DNA of 64,000 nt, from assembly GCA_030704615.1 (NCBI GenBank), contig CM060734.1, positions 14,012,001-14,076,000 on the forward strand, in the 5' to 3' direction. Below the pieces are notes generated by a model. It searched no databases, was not told the DNA's origin, and saw only the letters and a list, made by a program, of their open reading frames with translations. A program made the translations under genes and the position numbers. Positions 51,659 through 64,000 of this stretch are shown piece by piece. Every line of letters starts with the position of its first letter. Position 1 is the first letter of the stretch. This DNA comes from Takakia lepidozioides (Eukaryota; Plantae; Bryophyta).

Positions 51659-52169
51659 CGCCCAGGAATGCGGCGCAACAGATTCGTGGGACTCATGGGG
51701 AGGCATTTTGCTTCAAAGCTGGCACCTGGACGACAAATCTGGGCACAGTAATACCAGCATCAGACAGCTTTCGGAAGGCGCCAGATCAGAGAATGTTTCA
51801 AGGGGAAGCTGGTCAAAGTTGAGCTCCGTACATGCTGTCTGCTCCGAAAAATTAACCAAACGGAAAGTAGCTCATGTAATGGGATGAGAAACAGTCAGCT
51901 CAACTTCTGCATCTCTGTATTCATGAGTAAGGCCGCACCCCCTCTCATTTGTGCATCCGAACCACCTCCACGGGCAAGACTTACACTAGGCCTAAGGAAC
52001 CAGTTTGAAACAAATTTTGCAGACAAACCACCTTACTTCTTCGATGAAAAGTTCCCTTCAAAATGCTTTCACAGCGTGCGACACCATCACAAACTTCATA
52101 ACGTGCACGAACATTTATCTAGGATGTGCATGTCCGCAAAGAAACTGGTGAAGGTCTTAATGATTAATG

Positions 52170-53077
52170 TGACAGTTAGCATAAAATAAGAACAAATAGA
52201 AATTGCGTTAAGGAGTGAGCTATACAGAGGTTTGGAGTCCCAAATGATTCCTGAAGGTTGTCAGGAGTAAGACTGTGAGACTCTCAGATAACACATCCTG
52301 CAAGGAGGAGGTGAAATGAAGTAGACAAAGGGCTGGACCACCAAAGACTCGGGACTCCTAGCTGCACCAAGTTCTGACTTCTTATACGGCAAGCACGGCT
52401 GTTACCTTCACTCCGAGTTGCTCACTCGATCAAAACGTACGGACGAGAATTAGCCAACTTCACAACGCCACCTCCTGAAGAACTTAAAGATGACTGAAAA
52501 TAATCGAAAGGGTTCGAATCAGCTCCTTGCCGGCTCCTCTTCTCGCCCTGCTCAGTCCTCACGGCTACCTACTCTTTGTCGTACACAACACTCAAAACCA
52601 GAAATCACCCTCGCTCCCTTCAGGCTCACGAGGTTCAAGCTGGTTCCACTCACACGGAATGTCCAGTGAATGCCTGGAAGTCTAGTACACCACAGCACTG
52701 GGCTTAGAACAAGCACCTCCAGGGAAGCAGTGAAGCTGCGATTTCCTACTTATCTCTTCAGTCCGCCTCTCATCCTCACATCAGCATTTCGCACGCAACG
52801 ATTCGCAGATGGCAACCTCTCTACCATTCACGCTACAGCGGAGTTGCAGCAAACTGGTCTGCACCACAACCGCTCGTCGCAATCATGTTCCGGGTACCTA
52901 CTTACCACCTTTCCCTCTCGCCCCCTCCGTCGACCACCCACACTTATTATCCCCACCCAAGCGTACTGCCTCCTCCTTCATTCATTTTTAAATTTACAGC
53001 CATCCTCTTCCTTGTTCACTTTCCATCATCTCTTCTTCATCGCTTATTGTTTAATAAATTTATCTATTTATATTACA
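52170..53077. mobile_element. Possible solo LTR upstream of the UGT
   Basis: TGACAG...ATTACA ends, AATAAA near the 3' end, flanks TAATG/TAATC (4/5). Confidence 0.35.
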
Positions 53078-55869
53078 TAATCTATCATATATATACATAG
53101 TTCAAAAAGGCCAGCCTGGGGCCGGCAACCTGAAGCAAGGAAAAATATCCTGGAGAAGGAGTGAGTGTACCTACTAGGTAATAAAGGCCCAAGGGGTGTC
53201 CAGTGTCCACCACACAGGGAGAGCAGTAAAAAGGCCTCTTTCCATGTTGATCGGCAAGCCGGCATGAGGAAGGCCAACTTCCATGTCTCGGCCAAATCCG
53301 CCAAGTTATCCAAAGTTGACCGACGTCGGTGGAGCATGGCCGACCGGTGGGATGGATGGTTGCTTATATGTGCATAGGGTTCAAGAGGAATCGGGCAGTA
53401 GGTCTGCCTCGTTTCCAAGGCGCCAGGACCAATTGAGCCGGTCAAAGGGTGGGTCTCCCAAGCAAATCGTGGGGCTGGCAAGCTATGTGCACAAAGGTGA
53501 CCTTCACAGCAGGTAGAAGAGACACGGTAACCTAGTAAAGCGATTACAGTCAAACCTGGATAAATGTTATGCTCCAAGAGTAGGAACTCTATAACAATTA
53601 GGCATATATCATTGTGACTCGTTCCTCATCAGAAGATAACATTTCATCACATAGGTAGAAGCACTCTTCATGGCGCAGGAAAATGGGTAAATGTAATAAC
53701 CTATGAGATTAAGACCTTAACAAAGCTCTTAAGATAACACAACTTTTCTTAGTGAAAGTTAAACGAGATTCTGAGTTTATCTGCTATTAAAAGTGGATAG
53801 AAGTAGAGGATGTCAGTGTCAGCCTATGGCGCACCTTGTTCCTATCATGACTCGTTCATATCTCATTAATATCTTTTCTACCTGAGATAAAAAAAAAAAA
53901 CAACCAAAAATACCATTGGAAAGCGCTTAATGTGGCCCATCTTTTTGTAGATGGAGCAATTTTCATTAGATGACATCTACCTATAGCAATTTAAGGGTAA
54001 AACAAGTGGCCCATCATGGCGCACAAGATATATTGCTCGTTTGGTACCTTGGATTTTAACCATTTTAACCATTTTAGGAAATAAAGATACCATTGGAAAG
54101 CTCTTGATGAGCCCCGGCATTTTGTAGTTAGAACAAATTTCAGTAAAGTTCATCTGCCTAGGATAATTTGAGTGTAAAGTGATTTCATGAATGGTGTAGT
54201 GTAGTTCATTCCTCTTTGGGTAAGCTTGCTGGCCTATCATGGCGCACCCCACCCTAACACGTTCCAAAAATGGGCATACTTTCATCCTGGGTCCAGTGGA
54301 CCTGAGACAATCGACCTCCTCTATCCAAGTAGAATTAAGGAGCGATAAGCATTGAGCGATGGAGGGGGATGCCCTCGAATAACCCTAGATTAGGGGGAGC
54401 CAGTTACAGATGCAGGGCACAGTGGCCAACTAGAAACCAGTGAGAAGCCCATCAATCTACCGGTGTGAAGCTTGGACTTAACAGTCGGCTTGATGTGCTT
54501 CCAGTTTCGATCTGATCTTTCAAAGTCAGGGGAGGCTGAAGAGGGGCTCTTCAATGCTGCCAGATATGGGGAATAGTACCTGCCCATAAACAGGTGTCGA
54601 TGTCGATGCAGGAGCAGATGAGCCCCCGATTCCCCCAAGTGCGCCTGAAGGAGGTGATGACTGCAGGACCACGTTCTGGCGCTTATTGTACTCGTGAGAT
54701 TGAGATACTAATGCCTATTTCAATACTGAATCTGAATTTGAATACTAGTACCATTTCTATTTTATTATTATTATTTTATTAATATAACAATTACAGAGGC
54801 GTCTTAACAAAGAGGAGAGTAGGTATTCAATAAAAATAACAAATAACACTCTTTTTGTCATTCTTAGTATATATTTTTACAGAGTAAGAAAACCATAACA
54901 TTTAGGAGGATGATAAAAAAAAAAGAGGTAACATTTATCCAGGTTTGACTGTACCGATATCGGCCATGAATTCTGGCGCCAACTTCCCACGTATTGCGCT
55001 CACCGATGTCGGTCACCGATATCTGGGCGTTGGCGAAATTTAACGCATGGAAGCAGGTTGTCGTCTTTGTCATCTAGTGCCAACTTGGCCGATGGCCGAG
55101 ACATGGAAGTTGGCCCAAAGTTTAGGCTTCCTCACCTGCAATCAACTTGGTTGTCTACCTGGCCACACTGTCATGGTTTTAGTCATGGTTAACTAGAATT
55201 ACCTACTTCTAGTTAACTAGGATATTTTGGATATTATATTTGTATTTTTGTGTGTTGGGACTTCATTTGGTCTCATATGCCAAGTGAGATATCAAACCTC
55301 ACTTGGGACATGGGGATGGGTTCCCCTTGTGAGTGTTGAGGAGGGCTCATCTTCTTGTAGTTGAGCCTCCATAAATCTCTCTCACCTCCATAGCTCTAGA
55401 CATTGAGAGGGAGTGTGTTGAGGGCTTTGTAGGGTGGATTCCCTTAGCAAGGGTGCCCTTGGCTTGATTTAGTTTATGTGATTGAGTGGAGTGTTTCCAT
55501 TGTGTTCACTTTCATTATCACTACAAGAAGATACAAGAAGTGAGTGGGGGCGAGCACAGGATCATGGGGTGCAAACACCCATGGCAGATGTGGGATGAGA
55601 TGCGGAAAGAGAGAGTCATTGGATCTCTCAAGCAGCAATATGAGGAGTGGGGAGAGCCATACACTGAGGATCAGTTGGAGGCCAAGGTGGCCAATGTTTT
55701 TGAAGAGGTTGAGAATGTTTCTTCCCCAGAGGATGTTCTCAAGGTGGCTATGGCAGAACAAGTGGAGGCTACGCCACGATCAGGGTGGGCGGATAAGGCC
55801 TGTCGTGCGCATACATATCGCTACACAACTACATTGTTGTCCAAAACCACACAACACATGTGCACACCA

Positions 55870-56078
55870 AACACTAGTCTATCACTAGTCCACCACTAGT
55901 GCACCACTAGGCTGCCACTAGACAACCACTAGGCACCACTAGTCCACCACTAGGCTGCCTCTAGCCACCACTAGTGCAGCCACTAGTCCACCACTAGTGC
56001 AGCCACTAGTCCACACTAGTCTGTCATTAGGCACCACTAGTGCAACCACTAGTCCAACCACTAGGCTGCCACTAGCCT
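55870..56078. repeat. CCACTAG-based minisatellite
   Basis: Roughly 15 copies of (CA)CCACTAG(T/G). Confidence 0.9.
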
Positions 56079-56547
56079 GATGTGTATCGCTAATTGGGAG
56101 GGGAGACCTCATGTCTGTCCCGGTCCGCATGTGTTTTGTACGTGGAGCTACTGACTTACATGAATGAAGAATAATCGGTTCACAGCGTTGTCTGTGACTT
56201 TGGAATCCGCTAGGTGGTTCTTATTTTATGGATGACGCTCTTGAGGAACCGGTCTGAGACTCGAGGACGATGATAGACAGAGAAAGACAGTCCTGTCAAA
56301 GGGCTGATGCATTGAGCCGAACTGTTCGAATGAATTGGCTTCTATAGAGATTATGTTCAGTATTGGTTTGCATCGAAGACTATGGTTTTGGGTCCTATGG
56401 GATGGTGATGGTTGATTAGTGCCCATAGCCAGGGACCTCAATGGCTGTACAAATTTGGTTTGGTGATGCTCTAATAAATTACTCTGGACATTTTGGGACG
56501 TATCTCGACGGGATGTCTTTCTATCTTACTATGTTCTAATCATAGAT

Positions 56548-57240
56548 CGGGAGATCTCCCTTGCCTCAGTGGAGATGTCGAACTTGGGACAGCAATCATA
56601 ATTCTCCTGTACTTCTGGAGTGACAATGTTGGCATTTTTTTGTAGGCTAATATTAAAAAAATGAAGCAACTGTGATTGACAGGAGTCTCCCGTGCTGCCC
56701 GTGAAACTGTAGAAAACTAGGATTTCAACTCATATTAGCGATGTGATCAGGGTATGGATTATCTGGGAACATCAATATTTACTAAACATCTACTACAATA
56801 AACTTAATAAAATCATTAAATTTGTTTTCATATTGAGTTTTTATTTAATGTAAATAAATCAATAAATCAATATATATGTTATTCCTGGACTTTGAAAGTC
56901 TAGATTTACTTAAAATCCAGTTTTATACGATCAAAGGAATGTGACGGGAGATCTCCCGTCATCCTGAGCAGTTTTCTGTTTATCTTTTTCCGCCCATTAG
57001 AGATCACAGAACGGGAGACCCTCCCATGATCCCTTAGTGTTGCATCTGTGGTGTGCATATTCTATCTTGCTTTGCACAAACCTGGATTTTTTTGTGATTC
57101 TAGCTTAAAAGTTGAGGCGACAAGAACGGGAGATCTCCCGTCATCCTGCAGGGTTCGCCGCATTTGATATCTTCATCTTTTTCCTACCTTTTTGCTCCCC
57201 GTTTTTTTTACTCGAGGGCATAGCAGGGGAGATCTCCCGT
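56548..57240. repeat. Dispersed 16-bp palindrome ACGGGAGATCTCCCGT (~6 copies)
   Basis: Near 56548, 56681, 56945, 57011, 57126, 57227. Confidence 0.8.
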
Positions 57241-57639
57241 GGTAGAAGATGGTTACCACCTGTGGACAACTGTCTGTCGGAGAAGCAGTGAATTTAATCC
57301 ACCTTGTCGGCTCTCCAACTCCAAGAATTGCCACTGAGGGTACCTATCTGAATACGTCGGGAGAGGGATCTTGTCATGGCAAACGTCTCTCTAGTAGTTT
57401 AGTGAGCGTCATCTTGAAAACCGTGACATGGAATGGAGTCCATTAGCTTGCCGTATTCACATCCAGACGCGGAAACTCTTGGAGAAGCTCTGGGGACACC
57501 TGTTGTCTGGAAAGTTAGTCAAGTTCAGAAACGTGTGCGGAGGGTGAGGGGTCTAGGTCCGATGTTGGAGCAAGCATGAATGTTGTGTGGAGGATATAAT
57601 ACAGAAGGACACTACTGATGGTATTGAAGGCGCATGCAG

Positions 57640-58110
57640 GAACAAAAGTTTCACAGATACAATCAGGTGCAATTCCAGATTTGATGATGTCACCATGCAT
57701 CTCTTTGCCATTTTCCAGGGCTGCCAGGCTTGCACAAGCATTGCAAACACACAAACGTGATCTGCTTACACTTCACCCCTTCCCCCATCATTTGCTCATA
57801 GGTCTTGCCTCCATCTCGCGCCCCTGCTATGCATATCCTGCAAGCATGGCATTCCATGACACCATATCTTGTTCAGCCATACTATCGAACACTCCCTTTG
57901 CATCCTTGATGCACCCACATTTTGGATACATGTCCACCAGGGTATTGTACTTCAGAATGACATCGGGTACAATCCAGCTCTGACAATGTCACTATGGACC
58001 TCTTTGCCCTTTTCCAGCGCTTCCAGGCTTGCACATGCATTGCAAATGCACACAAATGTGATGTGGTTGGGCTTCACCCCTTCCCCCATCATTTGATCCT
58101 AGGTCATTGG
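57640..58110 (-). pseudogene. PLS-class pentatricopeptide repeat fragment
   Basis: MGEGVKPNHITFVCICNACASLEALEKGKEVHSDIV...; MYPKCGCIKDAKGVFDSMAEQDMVSWNAMLAGYA*; NACASLAALENGKEMHGDIIKSG; stops and frameshifts. Confidence 0.85.
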
Positions 58111-58924
58111 CCTATTGCATCTGCTACTCTTTGTAATCCCACAGGCATTCACCTTTTTGCCTCAATTGTCCCCACCATTGATGACTGTGGTAAGAAAAGT
58201 ATCCATTCCACAGCTTCTCGAGCGTCTCTGTTACCTATTTCTGGAAACTTCCGTGTTGTCACATGTTGGCCGTATCATGTCAGTCAGTCCAAACTATCAA
58301 AGGTTCACTCAACCAGCTAACTTGCAGAATTCATGAAAATTTAGGTACGACTCTGATAACAGGGGAAAACAGGCTGAAATGTGTTGAAGGTGCCTTCATT
58401 AGCAGCGCCTTGTTCTATCAATTGTGCTTTGTCGCTTATGTTCCAGTTGACCATCTACCCACACAAATTTCCTGTAGTTATTGATCCACAGGGAATCAAA
58501 AGTAATCTTACATCTGAAACCCGGTCCTCTTGGATGAATGCGATGAAAAGCCGACGGATGAATGGTTTGATGAATGAAAGTGGAAAGGATGAATGGTGGA
58601 TGACTGTTGGATGAGAAATGAGCAAAATGGATGAACCATGACCTCGTTTTGGTTTCACGTGGAGCAATTGCATCTCGAGTGTGTCCTGAATTTCAGATTT
58701 GTCGGCTGATCCTGGCAGTACTTACTTTGAGGGAACTTGAAGGAAACTGCTGAAGTTAGAAGGCAATTACATAGTGGAGTAAATTTGAGTTACCTATGGA
58801 CTCTTCTAATGGGGGTGGGGCTGCAGAGGAGGGAGGAGGATAGAACATGAGAAGTGGAGGACAAAACCAAATCGCAGAAACATTTCTCCAAAAACAATGA
58901 ACCCAAAAAATTGAGTCCAAAAAA

Positions 58925-59660
58925 CATTGAAGGCGGTGTGTGTCCAGGTGGGTGGGGATGAAGGTGTCGTCAATGACATCTTAATTCCCACCTCTTGTTG
59001 CCACAAACATTTCATGGAAATCCCAAAAAACCAAAAGTTTGAATCCAACAAAACTACAAAGCCGACACTTGTGCAGGTCGCGGCGATTAAGGTGTCATCA
59101 ACGACATCTTAAATCCCACCAGCTGCTGCCACATGTCTTTTCAGATTACGGCCCAAAAACAAAATACAGAAATCCAACAAAACTTTGAAGGCGGTGCGTG
59201 TGCAGATCGCGGTGATTAAGGTGTCGTCAATGACATCTTAATTCCCACAACCTGTTGCGATATGACAGTTCATGGAAAAACCCAAAAAACCAGAAAAAAA
59301 TGAATCCAGAAAAGCTTTGCAGGCGGTGCGTGTGCAGGGGGGATTAAGGTGTCGTCAACGACATCTTAATTCCAACAACCTCAACAGAATTTTGAAGGCG
59401 GTGCATGTGCAGGTCGGGGGGATTAAGATGTCGTCAACGACATCTTAATTCCGACCACCTGAACAAAATTTTCACGGCGGTGCATGTGCAAGTTGGAGGA
59501 ATTAAGGTGTTGTCAAAGACATCTTATTTCCCACCACCTTTTGCGACATTTCAATTCATCCAAAACCCAAATAACCCAAAAAATATGAATCCAACAAAGG
59601 TACGAAGGCAGTGCGTGTGCAGGTGGGTGGATTAAGGTGTCGTCAACGACATCTTAATTG
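58925..59660. repeat. Array of ~7 units containing the ~28-bp near-palindrome ATTAAGRTGTCGTCAACGACATCTTAAT
   Basis: Near 58960, 59086, 59215, 59343, 59422, 59501, 59631, each preceded by GCGGTGCRTGTGCAGGT-like sequence. Confidence 0.9.
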
Positions 59661-59788
59661 GAAAAACCACCAACCCCAAAACAAACAAACCGAAAACAGA
59701 TTCAGCCAAAACAGAATAGAATATGTTAAAAACATTACATTGAACAAAGTGGAGTCATTGTCAAAGAATCCAACTCCTTCTGAACACC

Positions 59789-60944
59789 TCACATTTCAGT
59801 AATCCTATCACGCTGCAGAAGTGTATGAACGTCAGTGGGACCCATTGTACACTGGTGAATGCACGTGTCTCGGTGAGGATCACAAAACATCCTGTGAATG
59901 TAGATGTAGTATAGGTATGTGCACGGGACAAATTTGGGTTTCTTTCCAATAGAGCTTGATAAAGTGTTCTGGAAGTCCGGGCATGTGCAATTTGGAAAAT
60001 TGCCAACAGTTACCTCATAAGTCCTGTCGTGAACAACAGAACCCGATGTCACCATACTGTACACCCGCCCATAGCCTGGAGGGGGGACAGTGACAACTTG
60101 GGTCACCCGACACTGCAGGTTTTCTTGCTGACTCAATTTTGCAATCGTTTTCGGGACCTGCCTCAACACGAAGGACCGGTTTTCCATTTCGTTTCGTAGG
60201 CCAGTCGTTCCCGTGTGGTGGACGTGGGGGAATGCAGATTGCGAACCCCGACATGAACTGGTGTTATGACTACTGGGCCTCTTGGAAGACGAAACCCGGC
60301 ATCCTCCAGCATCTCAATTTCTTGCTTCGACAGACATGTACCCAACTTCACTGGCCACACGGCTGGAATTTGAGGCTTGCTGAGGACTGAATCCCGGCAA
60401 GTCCCCATCACACAACGCTGAATGTCATCAGGGCAAAACCAAAACTTGTGAGGCCTGGACTCTCGCGCACCGTAATGTTTGAATAAACCAGTGAAAGACG
60501 GGGCAGGAGTCCCGCCTCCGCCCCTAGAATTCTTGCTAGTGCACTTCACAAAGGACAATACCCTAACAGCAGAACACCCAACTTTTGATCCTTGGGCTGT
60601 CCGTTCAATGTGCCATATTGCATCCACACAATCGGACTCTTCCACCGCTAGCATCATCATCTCTCCCTCTCCCCGCACTGGAGCAGAGGGATATGAAGCA
60701 TTGTATACAGCAGAAGAACAGGCACCTACAGAGGGACTGCCAGATTCGAATGTCGGAGGCCGCACAGGCACACGAGGAATTGAGTAATTATCCCTATCAT
60801 GCCGATGGGAGTCACCAGCGGATCCTGGTGGGGTGTCAAGTTTTGCGCTTGCATGAACCAAATCTTTCCTCCCCTTCCAGATGTGGGAGCCTGGACTGCA
60901 AAGGTGTTCCATTTGTGAACTCATTCACAGCACGCGCCATTTTA
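59789..60944 (-). pseudogene. C-terminal fragment of a SWIM-finger (MULE-type transposase-like) gene
   Basis: DSHRHDR...WHIERT...FWFCPDDIQRCV...WPVKLGT; RTYEVTVGNFPNCTCPDF...VPCTYLYYIY (SWIM CxC...CxH with His replaced); 5' end cut at 60944. Confidence 0.6.
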
Positions 60945-61096
60945 GGGGGGGTGCTATTCCGTGAGCCCGGAGGCGTGAGCCTGTGAGCCCAGGAAAGCGT
61001 GAGCCCAGCACAGGCTCACGCCACGTCAGCATGCAAACAGTGCCTATTTTCGCGGATGTCACCTATTTCCGAGTGGTGTCACCTATTTCCGCGGGG
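60945..61096 (-). mobile_element. Putative 3' terminus of ParB-MTase element 3
   Basis: Minus strand reads ...GGAAATAGG repeats, GCTCACG repeats, GCTCACGGAATAGCACCCCCCC, a variant of the motif after copies 1 and 2. Confidence 0.55.
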
Positions 61097-61457
61097 TTGA
61101 TTTGGGTAGAATTGAGAATGCCTGAACAGTTTTTGATGAGGTGGACTTCACCGTGATGGATTCACCAACCATTCTTCTAGCAGGAATAGTTTGGGGACCA
61201 ACTAGCAAATGATGCGAGGATGCTCTACACGAACCAAAGTGGTTTGTTTGTTTTCGCAATGTACTTAAGTCTGTGAGGTCCACAAAACACCAAATAGATT
61301 GAAGGAACAATCCAGGCAGTCCATGCAACCCCCATCTCCAACAATAGTTTGTAACCATGAATGTGAATTCCACGCACACATTGCAACATGACAACAAGGA
61401 CACACAACCATCCCATTTCAAATTTGGCCCAGAATTAAACCAAAAGAAAACTTCATA

Positions 61458-64000
61458 TCAAGTGTCGCAGTCATCACAATCAGTGTCCACCTCCTGTGCT
61501 ATGTCATCTACAAAGATTCTGGCCCCAACACCACGTGTTCTACGAAGGCCGTCGTAAGGTGGACTCGGAGTCCCATGAACGGACATGCTTGCTGCGAGTG
61601 CCTCCGCATAGACAGGTAGCACGCAAGACCGAGGAGGACCGCAAACAAGTCCAAATAGGTGTGATAGCCCTGGAGGGCAAGTGGAAGCACGCGGACTCCT
61701 GCACATGTCCACAAAACCCCATTTTTAACACAATGATGTAATGCACAAGTCCAACAAAGAGGATGTCTCCAATGTGCACTTTGCCTCAAGAACAACGATT
61801 CTCGATATTGAAACAACAATGCAAGCATGCAAAGGTTGAACTTACTCACAGGCAAAGTCGGAGTCCAGCTCCTTGTCAGAAGTCTCCTCTGTATCAGTAT
61901 CAACGGGACGGGGCTTCGGAAGGACTTGAGAAGTGTGTCCACCCAAACCCATCAGGAGGTTCTTGTAAATCTCAGCATCCCCTTCAATCCCAAAGAGATG
62001 TCGCGCACTGGCCTTGCAAGCGTGGTAAGAAGCACCTGCAGTGGAATAGAATGAATGAAGAAGACATTGAAGACACATTTGGAACGGTGGGAAGTGCTGA
62101 AAGTGCAAGCTCAATCAAACCTCATGAAATGTGAATGTTGAAGAGACGAACCTGTGCCCATCGACAAATCCAGAACTCTGGCGTCTGTGTAGGTGCAGCA
62201 CTCCACAATCGTTTGAATGAAAGCCGGGCTCCTCTCCCTCGCCCCTCTCCAAGGAACCCCATTCCCCCTTCGCAAGCACACGTTGTTGTCGACGTAGTTG
62301 TGATGCATGTCATCCGTGGGGATCTGTCCTGTCATCTATGAACTTGGCCCCATGAGTGATGGCAAACTCGGTAATGCCGGCCGGAGTCGTTTGTGGATGC
62401 ACCCGGACGAGACAAACAGCTTCAAATAGACGAGTCTGCGAACATGACATCCACAAGGAACTAAGAAGCAAAAAAAAATCGGGCCCCTACATATGAGTTC
62501 GAGCAACCTATACAACCCCATCCGAGAACAACCAAGAAGAGGAAGAAGAAGGCAAACTCACCATCTCTCCCGGACGATCCCCTTTGTAAAGTACATGCTG
62601 TTCACACAATTCCATGTCTTCACGACTCTCATGCCCGAGGCTTTCAAATAGCTGGAAAGTGCACGCGACACCGACCGTCGATGGACTGGATGAGCACCAA
62701 AACACCTGCATCGGACAGGAGAAGTTGCAAAAGGAGAAAACCCACCGCCAGTAGCGCTCATCAAAAGCATTCCAACCCCGGACAAGCACCCGATGGAGGG
62801 ATATCCGGGACTGCCAACCCATCAGGGATGTCCAAGATGATGAGTTCGGCTGCATATGGCTTCTCCTTCCCGTTCACCCAGGATTTGGTCATTTTAGCCT
62901 GCAAACAAAAATACAATGGAATTCTCACAAGTTTAGAAACGATCCATGCCCACAGTAGACAAAAACAACAGAAGCCACAGAACCCAAAGAGAACACGCAC
63001 CGTGCTGAGGAACTGCACAATCTTGTCCCACACTGGTGATGGCTCGCCCTTGTAATCAGATTTCTTCGACTCCATCATGGCAAGGAACCCGACGTTGGCC
63101 ATCTACTTTCCATCACACCCAGAAACCCCCTTCAACAGTATGCCACACAACACATTGCAACCACAGCACAAATAAGGTGCAAGAGTGTGCACCTGTAAAG
63201 GCATCGTTTCCAGGCTTCCTCTCCTTTTTCTTGCTGGTCCAGCTCATTTGTTCGACTGATGACCCCCTCCTTGCTGAACTCTCTAAAGAAACAAGAGTGT
63301 CACACTGTGGCTCTCCATTTCCTCATGTATGCTTTGAAGGACACCTTCGGTGCTATCATACTGATGCCATAGTCAGCCAGCTGAGTATGCAGAACCGATC
63401 TGGCCCTTTCTTCCAACTGCAAAACAATACAAATGCAAGAATAAACCCAAAAATCACAGCGAATGTAAGAGGCAATAGAAAGATAAGGACAGGAAAAGAG
63501 AAAAGACAGTGACACAGGGAAGGACATCACACCTGGCTCCAGTAAGTGGCTTTGTGAAGCCAGGTGTCCAGCACATTGTCACTGACAGGAATGACACGCT
63601 GGGTCTTCTTATCTTTCTCCGGCCTTGGGAACATGTGGGTATCCCTAATTGTGGGATCGGAGTTCCATATCTGCAGCCACTTCACCTTTTGTTCTAGAGA
63701 CACAACGGCGGTAGACAACCTGTGCAACTTCTCCTGGGCCATTTCTGGCTTGCCTGGCTTGTTATAATGGTTTTTTATCTCCAGGAGAAACTGCGGTCCG
63801 AATGATGGGTCGGCAATTCTCAACTGCTTCACGAAAGCACTCATTATAGTCCTTCTTGTAGCGGTCATCTCTTTCTGGATGCGACTCTCAACCCCCTTTG
63901 CTGTCCTTCTCTCCTCAGGGGTAGAGCTGTAGTATTCCAGTTTGCCACGCTCCCCTGCATCTGCAATGTCTTGCTGCAAGGGAATGCAAGAGAGTTGCAT
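61458..64000 (-). CDS. ParB-MTase family gene copy 3 (diverged; 5' part outside window; internal deletion near 63085)
   Basis: QLRIADPSFGPQFL...EKLHRLSTAVV..KWLQIWN matches the middle domain of copies 1 and 2; ELIILDIPDG (DIPDG at 62818-62832); PWRGARERSPAFIQTIVECCTYTDARVLDLSMGT|GASYHACKASARHLFGIEGD; last exon VLPVYAEALA...FVDDIAQE. Confidence 0.75.

Noticed and set aside
55169-55520. Possible short solo LTR (TGTCATGG...TTATCA)
   Set aside because: Flanks do not form a TSD and there is no adjacent PBS or PPT.
55519-55531. CACTACAAGAAGA resembling a CACTA TIR
   Set aside because: No partner inverted end, 3-bp TSD or CACTA transposase was found.
1-64000. tRNA or rRNA genes
   Set aside because: None recognised by eye; only a tRNA-Met primer-binding site at 13065-13076. 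A tRNAscan/Rfam search was not possible.

Overview
Eukaryotic, intron-containing, transposon-dense land-plant DNA; it looks like a non-seed plant such as a bryophyte, but the taxon is inferred, not proven. The only clear host gene is a 4-exon UDP-glycosyltransferase (48795-51658, -); PLS-PPR and B3-domain remnants are also present. The rest is nested mobile DNA: a complete 13.8-kb Mutator-like element (32064-45898) with ~0.9-1 kb TIRs, a 9-bp TSD, a SWIM transposase and a Ulp1-like protease; two truncated Ty3/gypsy elements; and a Crypton-like tyrosine recombinase relic. The most striking feature is a spliced gene present in three diverged copies (1-4185 +, ~24529-30596 +, 61458-64000 -). It joins an N-terminal ParB/Srx-like domain (YVWDGNHR) to a C-terminal beta-class N4/N6 DNA amino-methyltransferase fold with a non-canonical DIPD motif IV. 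All three copies are followed by the same terminal motif (GCTCAYGRAATAGCA(G)CCCC). Copies 1 and 2 each carry their own version of a 22-bp palindrome, both in arrays and inside introns (GGAAATGCGGYRCCGCATTTCC vs GGAAATTCGGCGCCGAATTTCC), and copy 2 lies head-to-head with a GCM-like/MULE transposase fragment. Hypothesis: a transposon-borne 'ParB-MTase + cognate palindrome' self-recognition or epigenetic system. All domain calls come from manual motif reading. Many 1-bp frameshifts sit in homopolymers, even in the host UGT, so some apparent pseudogenisation may be assembly error.
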